DNA of 63,036 bases, filler included. It is 7 parts of 7 records of this genome, joined end to end, with 100 filler letters (N's around TTAATTAATTAA, not from the genome) between each part and the next. Parts side by side here need not be neighbours in the genome. Positions count along the whole stretch, not along the records: positions 1 to 9,716 come from SRR31156797_6466; positions 9,817 to 20,837 come from SRR31156797_6471; 5 more parts are not named here. One strand, given 5' to 3'. Positions 9,324 through 19,628 of this stretch are shown piece by piece. A program made the translations under genes and the position numbers. The stretch's first letter is position 1. Each line of letters opens with the position of its first letter. The notes under the pieces were generated by a model. It saw only the letters and a list, made by a program, of their open reading frames with translations, was not told the origin of the DNA and ran no database searches.

Positions 9324-9715
9324 ATATTGCATTTTACTTGATTTCTTCCATTCTCTTTTGCACTATAAAGAAGTTCATCTGCTAGTTTATATACTTCATC
9401 AATAGTTGTATTTTCATTTGGATAGATACTAATAAGACCTAATGATGTAGTCACAAACTCTGATGCACTATTTTTTTCATGAATTATTTGAAGATTCTCT
9501 ATATTTTGTCGAATTGTATTTGCAAACTCTTCACAGTGCTCAGGAGAATCACTTTTAAAGATCACACCAAACTCTTCACCACCTAATCTAAAGCAATAAT
9601 CATCTGCTCGATGTAAAGAGCTTTTAATAGCCGAAGCAACTTTTTTAAGTACAATATCCCCTTTTTGATGTCCATAGGTATCATTGTATTGTTTAAAATG
9701 ATCAATATCCATAAT
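9320..9715 (-). CDS. Diguanylate cyclase, GGDEF domain only (5'-truncated at contig end)
   Basis: DIDHFKQYNDTYGH, RLGGEEF, AKENGRN. Confidence 0.9.
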   Translation of the reverse strand: MMDIDHFKQYNDTYGHQKGDIVLKKVASAIKSSLHRADDYCFRLGGEEFGVIFKSDSPEHCEEFANTIRQNIENLQIIHEKNSASEFVTTSLGLISIYPNENTTIDEVYKLADELLYSAKENGRNQVKCNI

Positions 9716-9716
9716 T

Positions 9717-9816
9717 NNNNNNNNNNNNNNNNNNNNNNNNNNNNNNNNNNNNNNNNNNNNTTAATTAATTAANNNNNNNNNNNNNNNNNNNNNNNNNNNN
9801 NNNNNNNNNNNNNNNN
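9717..9816. other. Artificial contig linker
   Basis: 44 N + TTAATTAATTAA (stops in six frames) + 44 N. Confidence 0.99.
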
Positions 9817-9817
9817 T

Positions 9818-10045
9818 GGTGTTATGAAAATGTATCAAGTTCCAAAGATTGATATTGCTGCTGATTCTAAAACTATTTTAAAACCTGGTGGATTTCACAT
9901 CATGTTAATAGGTCTAAGTAAACCTTTAAAAGAGGGAGAAAAAGTATCTTTAACTTTAGAGTTTTCTAATGGTGAAACAAAAACTATAGAGGTTCCAATC
10001 AAAAAAGTAATGAATGGAATGAAACACCATAATATGAAACACTAA
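9818..10045 (+). CDS. Copper chaperone PCu(A)C, C-terminal part
   Basis: MKM...LKPGGFHIMLIGL..PLKEGEKV; His/Met-rich tail; upstream of SCO. Confidence 0.88.
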   Translation, partial: GVMKMYQVPKIDIAADSKTILKPGGFHIMLIGLSKPLKEGEKVSLTLEFSNGETKTIEVPIKKVMNGMKHHNMKH

Positions 10046-10047
10046 TA

Positions 10048-10542
10048 ATGACAGAAGAGAACAAAGAAAAATCTTCTTTAAAAAGTATAATAGTTCAAGT
10101 AGCTATTGTACTTTTTTTAGTTGGGGGATATTTTTTAATCGACTTTAACTCTTTATATCAAAGTTTTAAAGGTGAAGCAAAACTAGTAACCCAAAATAAA
10201 GATTGCAATTTACACCAAAAACCTTGTAAAATAACTATTCAAGATGGTACAACTTTTGAATTAAGTGTATCTCCTAAAACTATTCCTCTTATGAAACCTT
10301 TGACATTTACTGTAATAAGCAATAACTCTGAACTAAAAAATATATCAATAAATATATATGCAACAAATATGTTTATGGGTGAGTTTAATCTTCCTTTGAA
10401 AAATATTGGAAATGGCAAATATGAAGCCCATGGAACACTTCCAACTTGTCCAATTGGGGATATGAAATGGAATGCAGATATAAAAGTTGAAAAGATTGAT
10501 AAAACTATTGGTGCAAGATTCCAATTTAAAACGGATATATGA
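10048..10542 (+). CDS. Membrane-anchored hypothetical protein of the PCuAC-SCO cluster
   Basis: One N-terminal TM; CNLHQKPC, MFMG and LPTC motifs; ATGA overlap with SCO. Confidence 0.7.
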   Translation: MTEENKEKSSLKSIIVQVAIVLFLVGGYFLIDFNSLYQSFKGEAKLVTQNKDCNLHQKPCKITIQDGTTFELSVSPKTIPLMKPLTFTVISNNSELKNISINIYATNMFMGEFNLPLKNIGNGKYEAHGTLPTCPIGDMKWNADIKVEKIDKTIGARFQFKTDI

Positions 10543-11114
10543 TGAATAAAATAGTTAAATATATACTTCCTATATTAATAGCTGTGGGATTGATTTTAGT
10601 TATTAAACCTTTTTATGATGATTATAAAGAAAAACAAAAATATGATTTTACAGTAAATACTATTGATGGACAAATCACAAAAGACAGTTTCAAAGGTAAA
10701 GTTTTGGCTTTATATTTTGGATATATGTTTTGTCCGGATGTTTGCCCTACTTCTTTAAGTTCTTTAGCTCAAGCACTTAATACTTTTCCCAAAGAGACTG
10801 TAGATAATTTTGCTGGAGTTTTTATAAGTGTTGACCCAAATAGAGATACTCTTCAAAATCTAAAAGAGTATTCTGAATATTTTCATCCAAAATTTATTGG
10901 TGCAACTTCAACAAAAGAGAATATTGATGATATCGTAAAAAGATATGGAAGTCACTACAAAAAAATTCCATTAGAAAATTCTGCTATGGGATATTCAGTA
11001 TCTCACACTGCCTTTATTTATCTTTTTGACAAAGATGGAAAGCTTGTAGCAAAAATTGACCACTTTTCTGACCCTGAAAAAATCAAAGAAAGTTTAACAA
11101 AAGCATTTAAATAG
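10539..11114 (+). CDS. SCO1/SenC-family copper chaperone
   Basis: FGYMFCPDVCPT (CxxxC), SVDPNRD, YSVSHT. Confidence 0.93.
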   Translation: MMNKIVKYILPILIAVGLILVIKPFYDDYKEKQKYDFTVNTIDGQITKDSFKGKVLALYFGYMFCPDVCPTSLSSLAQALNTFPKETVDNFAGVFISVDPNRDTLQNLKEYSEYFHPKFIGATSTKENIDDIVKRYGSHYKKIPLENSAMGYSVSHTAFIYLFDKDGKLVAKIDHFSDPEKIKESLTKAFK

Positions 11115-11130
11115 CAATTTTATTCTATAC
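11112..11130 (+). promoter_or_regulatory. Probable AraC-family binding site, copy 1
   Basis: TAGCAATTTTATTCTATAC, 18/19 identical to 11990-12008, followed by a TGATATACT extended -10. Confidence 0.6.
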
Positions 11131-11185
11131 AACTATTTATATTTTGATATACTATAATTGTATTAGAATTTTAAGGCAATAAGTT

Positions 11186-11992
11186 ATGAAAAATCAATTG
11201 CAAGCTTTTGATAAAACTATTTTTGAACATGTAAAAAAAACAAATGACCAATTTACAAAACACTTTCATAACACATATACTATTGGTATTACTCACGCAG
11301 GTAAATTTAAATCTATTCACGATAGAAAAACAACATACCACTATAAAGATACAACAAAAATCATAAATCCAGGTGAGGTTCATGGTGGAGATTCTGATTC
11401 TTGGAAATATACAAATTTTTATCCAAGTATTAATTTAATTAGTGAAATATACGAACAAATATTTTTTGAAAGAAAAAGCCCAATATTTAACAAACATGTT
11501 ATAAACGATATGATTTTGTATAATCTATTACTTGATTTTTTTATTAAAACTTATCAAAATGAAGATAAGATGGAAATAGAAACAAGTCTTATAACTGCTT
11601 TATCTTATCTGATAAAAAACTATTCCGATTCATCCATAAAATATGAAGCCTTTGGGATTCAAAAGAGTGTAATTAAACAATCAGTATCTTTTATAAATGA
11701 CTCTCTTGAATCAAATATCTCTTTAGATGATTTAGCTTTTAACTCAAACTTGAGTAAATACCATTTTCTTAGATTGTTTAAAAACGATATAGGATTAACT
11801 CCACATCAATATATTTTGATTCAAAGAATTGAAAAAGGTAAAGAGTTGATTTCAAAAGGAACATCTTTAAATGAGATAGCATATCAAACTGGCTTTAGTG
11901 ACCAATCACATTTTATTAGAAACTTCAAAAAAGTGTATGGTTATGTTCCAAGTAAACTAAAAGAGGAAAAAGGCTTTATTCTCTCTACTTAG
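11186..11992 (+). CDS. AraC-family transcriptional regulator
   Basis: KHFH cupin, INPGEVHGG, LSKYHFLRLFK, GFSDQSHFIRNFKK. Confidence 0.92.
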   Translation: MKNQLQAFDKTIFEHVKKTNDQFTKHFHNTYTIGITHAGKFKSIHDRKTTYHYKDTTKIINPGEVHGGDSDSWKYTNFYPSINLISEIYEQIFFERKSPIFNKHVINDMILYNLLLDFFIKTYQNEDKMEIETSLITALSYLIKNYSDSSIKYEAFGIQKSVIKQSVSFINDSLESNISLDDLAFNSNLSKYHFLRLFKNDIGLTPHQYILIQRIEKGKELISKGTSLNEIAYQTGFSDQSHFIRNFKKVYGYVPSKLKEEKGFILST

Positions 11993-12008
11993 CAATTTTG
12001 TTCTATAC
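11990..12008 (+). promoter_or_regulatory. Probable AraC-family binding site, copy 2
   Basis: TAGCAATTTTGTTCTATAC overlapping the araC stop codon, followed by a TGCTAAACT -10 upstream of the DMT gene. Confidence 0.6.
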
Positions 12009-12055
12009 CTAAAAAAACTTTTGTGCTAAACTTCCAGCAAAAAAAAAGAGTTTAA

Positions 12056-12949
12056 ATGACAGATACAAACAAAAACCTATTTTATATTTTATTGTTCTTT
12101 GCTATGTTAGCTTGGGGAGCAACTTGGGTAAATGCAAAAGTTTTAAGTACTTATATCAATGAATTTGAAGCTATGTTTTTAAGATTTTTTATTACAGCAC
12201 TAACAATGGTTCCAATTATTGTTTATTTAGAAAAATCATTTAAAATAGATAAAAAAAGTTTATTATTAGTTGTAATTACTTCAATAGTTTTTATAGCATA
12301 TATGAAATATTTTTTCTTAGGTACAAAACTTGGAACAGCAAGTTTAGGCGGAGCATTTGTTACAACATTAGTTCCTATAAATACTTTTATTTTAATGGCA
12401 ATTTTTGGAAATAAAAAAATAGAACTAAAAGATGCTTTTGCTTTAGCAATTGGAGGTATTGGTGTGATGACTATGCTTCATGTTTGGTCTTTTGATTTTG
12501 AAAAGATATTTACTCTTCACAATATCTATTTTATATTTGCATCTATTTTATGGCCAATTGTTACAATACTAAGTTCTAAATCAACAAAGATTTCACCTGT
12601 AGTATTTACTTTTTATCTGTATGTTGTAACTTCAATTATAAACCTGATATTTTTTGTAGATATTACAGAACTTCCTTTTGAAAAATTTGATTATATCTTT
12701 TGGATAAATATATTTGTAATAACTGTATTAGCATCAACTTATGCCAATACAATCTACTTTTTAGGAGTTGAAAAACTTGGAGCAAGAGAGGTTAGTTCTT
12801 TTATATTTTTTGTTCCTTTTGCAGCTATTGTATTAAGTGCAATTTTTCTAAAAGAGAAGATTGACCTTTCAATTATAATAGGTACACTTCTAACACTTGT
12901 AGCAATAAAAATTTTAAATAATATAAAAATACTAAGAAAAAGAAAATAG
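12056..12949 (+). CDS. DMT/EamA-family exporter
   Basis: About ten TM helices, WGATW, LRF, LSAIFLKEKI. Confidence 0.88.
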   Translation: MTDTNKNLFYILLFFAMLAWGATWVNAKVLSTYINEFEAMFLRFFITALTMVPIIVYLEKSFKIDKKSLLLVVITSIVFIAYMKYFFLGTKLGTASLGGAFVTTLVPINTFILMAIFGNKKIELKDAFALAIGGIGVMTMLHVWSFDFEKIFTLHNIYFIFASILWPIVTILSSKSTKISPVVFTFYLYVVTSIINLIFFVDITELPFEKFDYIFWINIFVITVLASTYANTIYFLGVEKLGAREVSSFIFFVPFAAIVLSAIFLKEKIDLSIIIGTLLTLVAIKILNNIKILRKRK

Positions 12950-12950
12950 C

Positions 12951-15900
12951 TTAGCTATTCTCTTTTTTTACTTTAAATATCGTTGCATAAAATGTAGGTA
13001 CAAAAATCAGTGTAAACATTGTAGAGACCATTAAACCAAAGATAATAGAAATAGCCATAGGCTCCCACATAACTCCACCACTGTACCATAAAGGAACAAG
13101 TCCTAAAACAGTCGTCATTGTTGTAAGCATGATAGGTCTAAATCTATTTAAACAAGCTTCAACAACTGCATCATAATGGTTTAGTTTATTATCATCTTGT
13201 TCTATTTTTATTCTTTCTAAAAGAACAATTGCATTGTTTATTACAATACCACTTAAAGATATTATTCCAAGAAGTGTCATAAAGCCAAAATATGAATCCA
13301 TCACAAATAACCCTAAACTAACCCCAATAATTCCAAGAGGAATAGTTGTTAAGATAATGATTGGTTTTTTTATTGAGTTAAACTGCATAACCATCAATAA
13401 AAGAATTGTCATAAAAGCTATAGGAAGATTTACTACAATTGATTTGTTTGCTTTTCCTGAAGCTTCAAATTCTCCACCATAAGTATAATAATAACCCAAG
13501 TCAAATGTTTTTGAAAATTCATCCATAAAAGGTTGGATTTGTTCATATATCGCTAATGCATTGTAGCCTGTTTTTACCTCAGCTCCAACAATCACAGTTT
13601 TTAATCTGTCTCTTCTTAAAATAACTGATTCTTCATATACAACTTTTATATTTGCAACTTGAGATAAAGGAACATTTCTTCCAGTAGATTGAGAATAAAC
13701 ATTAAGTGTTTTTAATCTTTGAATATCATCTCTACTAGTTTGTTTTGACCTTAACATTATTGGGATTAAAGTATCATCTTTTCTATATGTTGCAACTTGA
13801 TATCCACTTTGACTTGCTTGTAATGATAAAGCAATATCCATATTTGAAATACCCTCTTTCAAAGCTTTATCTTCATCAATATCAACAACAAGTTTTTTAT
13901 TTCTCAAGCCCCAATCATCAACAATATTTTTTACACCATCAATTTTTGCTAACTCTTGTTTTATTTTAGAGCTCATTTCAAAAAGTTTATCTATATCTTT
14001 TCCACTAACTCTTATCTCAATTGGTTTTTTTACAGGTGGTCCCATCGATAATGGTTTAGTCACAACTTGCATATCAGGAAAACTGTTTTTTGCATATTTT
14101 TCTATAGAACTTCTAATCTCTTGCATCTTTTCAAAATCATTTATATTTACTAATATTGTACTATACTCTACACTTGAAAGTTTCTGGTCATAAGACAACC
14201 AAAACCTTGGAGCACTTTCACCAATAAAAGATACAAAATTTTCAACTTGATTTTGGTTTTTTTCTCCCATATAATTGTCTTTAATAAACTTTTCAATAGA
14301 AGCAACATCTTTTGTAGTTGTTTCAATAGCAGTTCCAACAGGTAGATTTATCTCAACAGTAAAAGTGTTTTCACTTGAAGGTGGGAAAAACTTTTTAGGT
14401 ACAAAATCAAGTAGTTTTATTGCAGCAACAAATATAATAAAAGTTAGAAGTAAAACACTTTTTTTATATTTTAAAGCTAAATGTATAGAGTTTTTATAAA
14501 TCTCATAAAACTTACTTTTTTTATCCTCTTTTGGCTCTTTTTTCATAAAATACTTACTTAACACAGGAGTTAAAGTTAAAGCCAAAACCCAAGAAGATAA
14601 CAGTGTAATAGTTACAACTTTAAAAATAGAGTTTGTATACTCCCCTGTTGTAGACTTTGCTAAAAATATTGGTAAAAAAGCTGCTGATGTTGTAAGCGCT
14701 GATGTTAACAAAGGAACTTTTAACTCTTTTGCACTTTGTAATGAAGCTTCAATAATATCTTTTCCATTTTGTCTTAAAACCATAATCGATTCACTCATTA
14801 CAATTGCACTATCAACTAAAAGCCCAAGTGAAATAATCAATGCAGCAAGGGAAACTTGGTCAAGCCAAATATCAAACATAGACATTATAATAAAGGACAT
14901 TAAAATAGACATAGGTATTAAAAAAGCAACTATAAGCCCTGTTCTCATACCTAAAGTAAAGAGCATTATAATTATTACTAAAACTATTGCTTGAAGTAGA
15001 TTTGATACAAAGTTATCAATGATTCTTTCAACTATTTTTGGCTCATTAAAAAGTCTATCTAGTTTTACTCCAAGGGGCAACTTACTTTGTACTTCTTGCA
15101 TTTTTTGAGTGATTTGTTCACCCATTCTAATGATATCTCCATCATCTTTCATAGATATGGCAATTAAAACTGTAGGTTCTCCATCTTTTTTTGCAATCAT
15201 ATCACTTGGAGTTTTATAAGATTTTTTAACCTCTGCAATATCTCTTAAAAAAAGTTTCTCACCATTTTCTAAAGGTACAATTGTATTTTTAATCTGCTCA
15301 ACATTTTCATAGTTTCCAGTTGGTTCTATCGAGAGTCTATTTTTGTTTAATTTTATATGACCGCCAGATATTACAATATTTTTATTTTCTAAAATAGATT
15401 TTAGATAACTTGCACTAAGACCAAGTTTTGCTAACTTCGAGTTATCAAACTCAACATAAACAACCTCTTCTTGAATACCTATTAAATCTATTTTTGCCAC
15501 ATCATCAAGTCTTAAAAATATATCTCTTGTATCGTTTGCAATATCTTCTAGCTCATCATACTCTAATCCATCACTAGTTACTGAAATCATTGTTCCATAA
15601 ACATCACCAAACTCATCATTTACAATTGGCGTTGAAGCTCCACTTGGTAAAGACCTAGTTCCTGTTTGAACCTTTCTTCTAAGGTCATCCCAAATTGGTC
15701 TCATTTTTTTGTATTTTTCTAAAATATTTACAAAAATAATAGATACACCATTTTTAGAAGTTGAACTTATAAAATCAATCTCTGCCATTTGTTGTATCTC
15801 TTTTTCAAGCTTATCAGTTACTAACTGCTCAACTCTTTTTGCACTAGCCCCTGGAAAATAAGTAACTACTGTAGCAGTTCTAATAATAAACCCAGGATCT

Positions 15901-16007
15901 TTTGCCCTTGGTAAATCAAGAAAAGAGATAAGCCCATATATAAAAATACATAATGTAAAGACAATAGTTACCTTATCATTTTTTAAAGCAAAATTTGTGA
16001 TATTCAT
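12951..16007 (-). CDS. RND efflux permease (AcrB/AcrD/AcrF family)
   Basis: 1018 aa; FPGASAKRVE, GLLVDSAIV, GIVINNAIVL, RFRPIMLTT. Confidence 0.95.
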   Translation of the reverse strand: MNITNFALKNDKVTIVFTLCIFIYGLISFLDLPRAKDPGFIIRTATVVTYFPGASAKRVEQLVTDKLEKEIQQMAEIDFISSTSKNGVSIIFVNILEKYKKMRPIWDDLRRKVQTGTRSLPSGASTPIVNDEFGDVYGTMISVTSDGLEYDELEDIANDTRDIFLRLDDVAKIDLIGIQEEVVYVEFDNSKLAKLGLSASYLKSILENKNIVISGGHIKLNKNRLSIEPTGNYENVEQIKNTIVPLENGEKLFLRDIAEVKKSYKTPSDMIAKKDGEPTVLIAISMKDDGDIIRMGEQITQKMQEVQSKLPLGVKLDRLFNEPKIVERIIDNFVSNLLQAIVLVIIIMLFTLGMRTGLIVAFLIPMSILMSFIIMSMFDIWLDQVSLAALIISLGLLVDSAIVMSESIMVLRQNGKDIIEASLQSAKELKVPLLTSALTTSAAFLPIFLAKSTTGEYTNSIFKVVTITLLSSWVLALTLTPVLSKYFMKKEPKEDKKSKFYEIYKNSIHLALKYKKSVLLLTFIIFVAAIKLLDFVPKKFFPPSSENTFTVEINLPVGTAIETTTKDVASIEKFIKDNYMGEKNQNQVENFVSFIGESAPRFWLSYDQKLSSVEYSTILVNINDFEKMQEIRSSIEKYAKNSFPDMQVVTKPLSMGPPVKKPIEIRVSGKDIDKLFEMSSKIKQELAKIDGVKNIVDDWGLRNKKLVVDIDEDKALKEGISNMDIALSLQASQSGYQVATYRKDDTLIPIMLRSKQTSRDDIQRLKTLNVYSQSTGRNVPLSQVANIKVVYEESVILRRDRLKTVIVGAEVKTGYNALAIYEQIQPFMDEFSKTFDLGYYYTYGGEFEASGKANKSIVVNLPIAFMTILLLMVMQFNSIKKPIIILTTIPLGIIGVSLGLFVMDSYFGFMTLLGIISLSGIVINNAIVLLERIKIEQDDNKLNHYDAVVEACLNRFRPIMLTTMTTVLGLVPLWYSGGVMWEPMAISIIFGLMVSTMFTLIFVPTFYATIFKVKKENS

Positions 16008-16008
16008 C

Positions 16009-17112
16009 TTAGTTACCTAAATCTTTTTTGTTTCCTATTTTTACTTGCATATTTTCAAAAACTTCACTCATACCAGCTTTTAAAACCAAGTCATCAGTAC
16101 TTAATCCTTCTGTAACTTCATATCCATTTTCAGTTAAATCTCCAACTTTTATATCTACTCTTTTTATTAAATATTTTCCATTCTCTTTTTTTGAAACATA
16201 TACAAAAAATCCTTTGTTGTCATTTAGAACAGAAGTTGATGGAACTAATAATTTTCCCTCTTCTAAGTTTTGAAAACTAAAAAATACACTTGCAGACATT
16301 CCTGCTTTTATCTTTGAAGTGGGATTTAAAATCTTGATAATCACTAAATAGTTTTTTTCATTTGTTGATGTACTTTTTGATATATCTTTTATCTTTGCTT
16401 CAAACTTTTTAGAACCTATAGAATCAAAGTTTACTAAAACTTTTTCACCTTTTGAAACTCTATTTATTAAAGATTCTGGAACTTTTACATGTACCTCATC
16501 AACCAACTTATTCCCCAACATTACGATTGGAGTTCCTGCATTTACATTTTCATTTTCATTTACATACTTTGTAGTTACAAAACCATCTAGAGGAGAAATC
16601 AAATCTGTATACGAAAGTTGTAGTTTTGCATATTCAAGTTGTTTTCTTGCATTTTTTACCCTTGCTAAAGATGAGTCAAATGAAGCTTTTGCATTATCAA
16701 TATCACTTGCACTTGCATTTTGATTTATATAAAGTTTCTTTGTTCTTTCATAACTACTTTTTGCAAGCTTTAAACTAGCCTTTGCTTCTTTTAAAGAATA
16801 GTCTGATTGAGATACTCTTATTTCATAAGGTTCTTTATCTAAAGATGCAAAAACTTCATCTTTTTTTAATTCATCACCAACTTCTATATCAAATACTTTC
16901 AAGTTTCCTTGTACTTTAAAACTCAAATTTAATTGCTCTTTAGGTGTAGCAATTGCATTAAAAACTCTATATTCATTTGTATCTTTTGGTATAGGTTTTG
17001 TTACAAATACACTTTTAACATCATCATTTTTTTGTGTATTTTCCTCTTTTTTTGAGCAAGCATTAAAAACTAATACTATACTAGTTATTGTGATTAAAAG
17101 TTTATTTCTCAT
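16009..17112 (-). CDS. RND periplasmic adaptor (membrane fusion lipoprotein)
   Basis: Lipobox FNAC, LSFKVQG, LISPLDG, AGMSA. Confidence 0.92.
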   Translation of the reverse strand: MRNKLLITITSIVLVFNACSKKEENTQKNDDVKSVFVTKPIPKDTNEYRVFNAIATPKEQLNLSFKVQGNLKVFDIEVGDELKKDEVFASLDKEPYEIRVSQSDYSLKEAKASLKLAKSSYERTKKLYINQNASASDIDNAKASFDSSLARVKNARKQLEYAKLQLSYTDLISPLDGFVTTKYVNENENVNAGTPIVMLGNKLVDEVHVKVPESLINRVSKGEKVLVNFDSIGSKKFEAKIKDISKSTSTNEKNYLVIIKILNPTSKIKAGMSASVFFSFQNLEEGKLLVPSTSVLNDNKGFFVYVSKKENGKYLIKRVDIKVGDLTENGYEVTEGLSTDDLVLKAGMSEVFENMQVKIGNKKDLGN

Positions 17113-18862
17113 CTATAGCCTTTAATATTTTTTTCTCTAAATTCTCTTTTTTGTTTTTATCAACTAAAACATCAATATTCCCCGTAAAGTAATAGATTGA
17201 TGACAAGTTACTTAAGTATTCCACCTCTGCAATATTTTTATTTAATCTAGAAACTGTAAAAGTGTTTTGAGCATCTAAAAGTGTAATAATATTTGCCTGC
17301 CCTCTTTTGTATTTATCTAAAACAGATTCATAGTTTTTCTTTGTGAATTTCATCGATTTTTTTGCATAAAAAAGTTTTTGGTAAGAACTTTTCAAAGAAT
17401 CACTATTTTGTTTTATATTTTTGTTGATTAAATTTTTTGTTTCTTCAAACTTAAGTTTTAGATTTATAAGTTCTAATTTGTTTTTTTGAATATCGACACT
17501 TTTCTTACCACCTTCATAAATAGGTATTGTAAGATTTACTACAGCTTGATACTCTTCATCATTCCAAGGTCTTGGAAAATCTTCTGCTTGTCCATATCTG
17601 TCAACTATCTTTCTTGCTTGTGCTTCAAAAGCAATTGTAGGAGAATATCTAGAGGCTTCATTTATTGATTTTTCCTCTTCTTTAGCTTCTATTAGTTTAT
17701 CTATATATTTTAAATCTGGATGTGAAACTACTATTTGTTTTGACAATAGATTTTGAACATTTTTGTTATCAAAAACTTTCACTGCATCTTTTTTTAAAAT
17801 TTTAAAGATATTTGAATCTAAATCATAGTTTTTTAATACAAAATCTTTATTAAATAAAATCATATTTGCAAGTTCAGTTTTCAAAGATTTTAGGCTATTT
17901 TGTGCACTTGATAACTGCATACTAACATCTGCTAGTTCACTTTCCCATCTATAAATATCACTTTTATCAATAACCCCTATAGAAAACTGCTCTTTTGCAA
18001 AATTTAAATTTTCTTTTATAAATTCTTGATTTGTTGTGATTATTTTAATACTGTTTTTTGTTCTTATAACATCAAGATAAGCTTGTACTAATCTATACAA
18101 TATTTCATCATTTGAAGCTTTGGTTTGATTTTCTATTGATTTATCTAAAAGCTTTCTAATCTCAATATTTTTTATAACACTGTTTGAATATATCAATTGA
18201 GTAAGTTTTACACCCATATCAACTGTGCCTTCAGAGTATTGACCACTGCTATATTCTGCTCTATCTGAATCTATTTGTATAACATTTGAAAAAAGCTCAA
18301 CTTGTGGTTTATAAGCAGACTTTGCATCATCTATGTCTAGTTTGCTTATAAGTGTGTTGTTATAGTTTTGTTTTATTGAGAAGTTATTTTCTAATAGCTT
18401 ATTATAAACTGTTTGTAAATCAAGTTTCTCTACACCTTTATCTACATAAAACTTTTTCTTTGGTTTTTTATTTTTAATATGAATAGATGAGTATTTTTTC
18501 TCTTTTAAATACTCAAAAATACTCAAAGCAGTTGCTCTAACAATTTTTTGTTTGTCTATCTTTGTAAAAGCATTATTATAAGTTACTATATATGTATTAT
18601 CTAACTTAGTCTTTTTTGTAGAGCTTTTCAATAAATAGATTGCATCTTTTTCAATCTTGCAACTGTTTGCTTCACAATTTTTAACTTGAAACTCTATTTT
18701 GTCTTCCACATCAAATAGATTTTTTGTTTCAATTCTAATATCATTTAAATATCTATTTGAGTTTTCATCTAAAACTAGCTTTATTTTGTAATCTTTTGCA
18801 CTTAATGATGTAAACAAAAGTGTTGAAATAAAGCTTGAAATTAATATTTTTTTATTCATCAT
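17102..18862 (-). CDS. TolC-family outer membrane channel with N-terminal extension
   Basis: Signal peptide, OEP repeats (AYLDV, LTIPIYEGG, LLDAQ); within the RND operon. Confidence 0.88.
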   Translation of the reverse strand: MMNKKILISSFISTLLFTSLSAKDYKIKLVLDENSNRYLNDIRIETKNLFDVEDKIEFQVKNCEANSCKIEKDAIYLLKSSTKKTKLDNTYIVTYNNAFTKIDKQKIVRATALSIFEYLKEKKYSSIHIKNKKPKKKFYVDKGVEKLDLQTVYNKLLENNFSIKQNYNNTLISKLDIDDAKSAYKPQVELFSNVIQIDSDRAEYSSGQYSEGTVDMGVKLTQLIYSNSVIKNIEIRKLLDKSIENQTKASNDEILYRLVQAYLDVIRTKNSIKIITTNQEFIKENLNFAKEQFSIGVIDKSDIYRWESELADVSMQLSSAQNSLKSLKTELANMILFNKDFVLKNYDLDSNIFKILKKDAVKVFDNKNVQNLLSKQIVVSHPDLKYIDKLIEAKEEEKSINEASRYSPTIAFEAQARKIVDRYGQAEDFPRPWNDEEYQAVVNLTIPIYEGGKKSVDIQKNKLELINLKLKFEETKNLINKNIKQNSDSLKSSYQKLFYAKKSMKFTKKNYESVLDKYKRGQANIITLLDAQNTFTVSRLNKNIAEVEYLSNLSSIYYFTGNIDVLVDKNKKENLEKKILKAIDEK

Positions 18863-19491
18863 TTTCTTCCTAAAACTGTTTCAATCTCTTTTATCTGCTC
18901 ATTCTCTAAGCTTTTTTGTGTCAAATAAGGCTTAATAAAATAATATAAGTTTGTTGTACCTTTTTTACTATTGTCACTTTTATTTTCATCCAATAAATCC
19001 CAAAATGAATAACTATTTGTAGCAATTATCCAAGAGTTTGATACAAAAAATAGAATCTCCTCTGCATCCATCTCTTTGATATAACCATAAGAGATTTGGT
19101 GTTTAATCAACTTTGTAATAAGCTCAATCTCTTTTTTTAACTCTATTTGCATAACCTCTTTAAACTTTGGAAAACTCATCATCAATAGATTCAACTCTTG
19201 ATGCAAAAATCTATATTTTGTATCAGTTTCCAAACAATTAATCAAAAAGTTTTTTAATAAAAATATTTCATCTTTTTCAAAATTTTGATTTTGTATCTCT
19301 GAAAAAATATTTTCTATATATTGCAAAAAAATTTCGATAAGAATCACCTCTTTATTTTTAAAATAATAATAGAGATTTCCAACACTTATATTTAATTCAC
19401 TAGCAATATGTCTTGTAGAAGTGTTTACACAACCCTTTTCATTAAAAAGGTTTAGAGATGTTTCTAGTATTTTTTCTTTTGTAGTTTTCAA
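18859..19491 (-). CDS. TetR/AcrR-family regulator
   Basis: TKEKILETSLNLFNEKG...ISVGNLYYYFKNKE HTH. Confidence 0.93.
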   Translation of the reverse strand: MKTTKEKILETSLNLFNEKGCVNTSTRHIASELNISVGNLYYYFKNKEVILIEIFLQYIENIFSEIQNQNFEKDEIFLLKNFLINCLETDTKYRFLHQELNLLMMSFPKFKEVMQIELKKEIELITKLIKHQISYGYIKEMDAEEILFFVSNSWIIATNSYSFWDLLDENKSDNSKKGTTNLYYFIKPYLTQKSLENEQIKEIETVLGRK

Positions 19492-19500
19492 AAATAACCT

Positions 19501-19540
19501 TTTTAGAACATTTGTTCTAATTTTAGAACATTTGTTCTAA
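19501..19540. promoter_or_regulatory. Tandem TetR operator
   Basis: Perfect 20-bp direct repeat x2 (TTTTAGAACATTTGTTCTAA), each containing the palindrome TTAGAACA-TT-TGTTCTAA, 10 bp upstream of tetR. Confidence 0.85.
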
Positions 19541-19628
19541 ATGAAAACTTAAAAAAATTGACCTAGGTTAATTTTTTTTCACAATAATATTGCTATTATT
19601 TGAATAAATATTCATACAAAGGCAAAAA

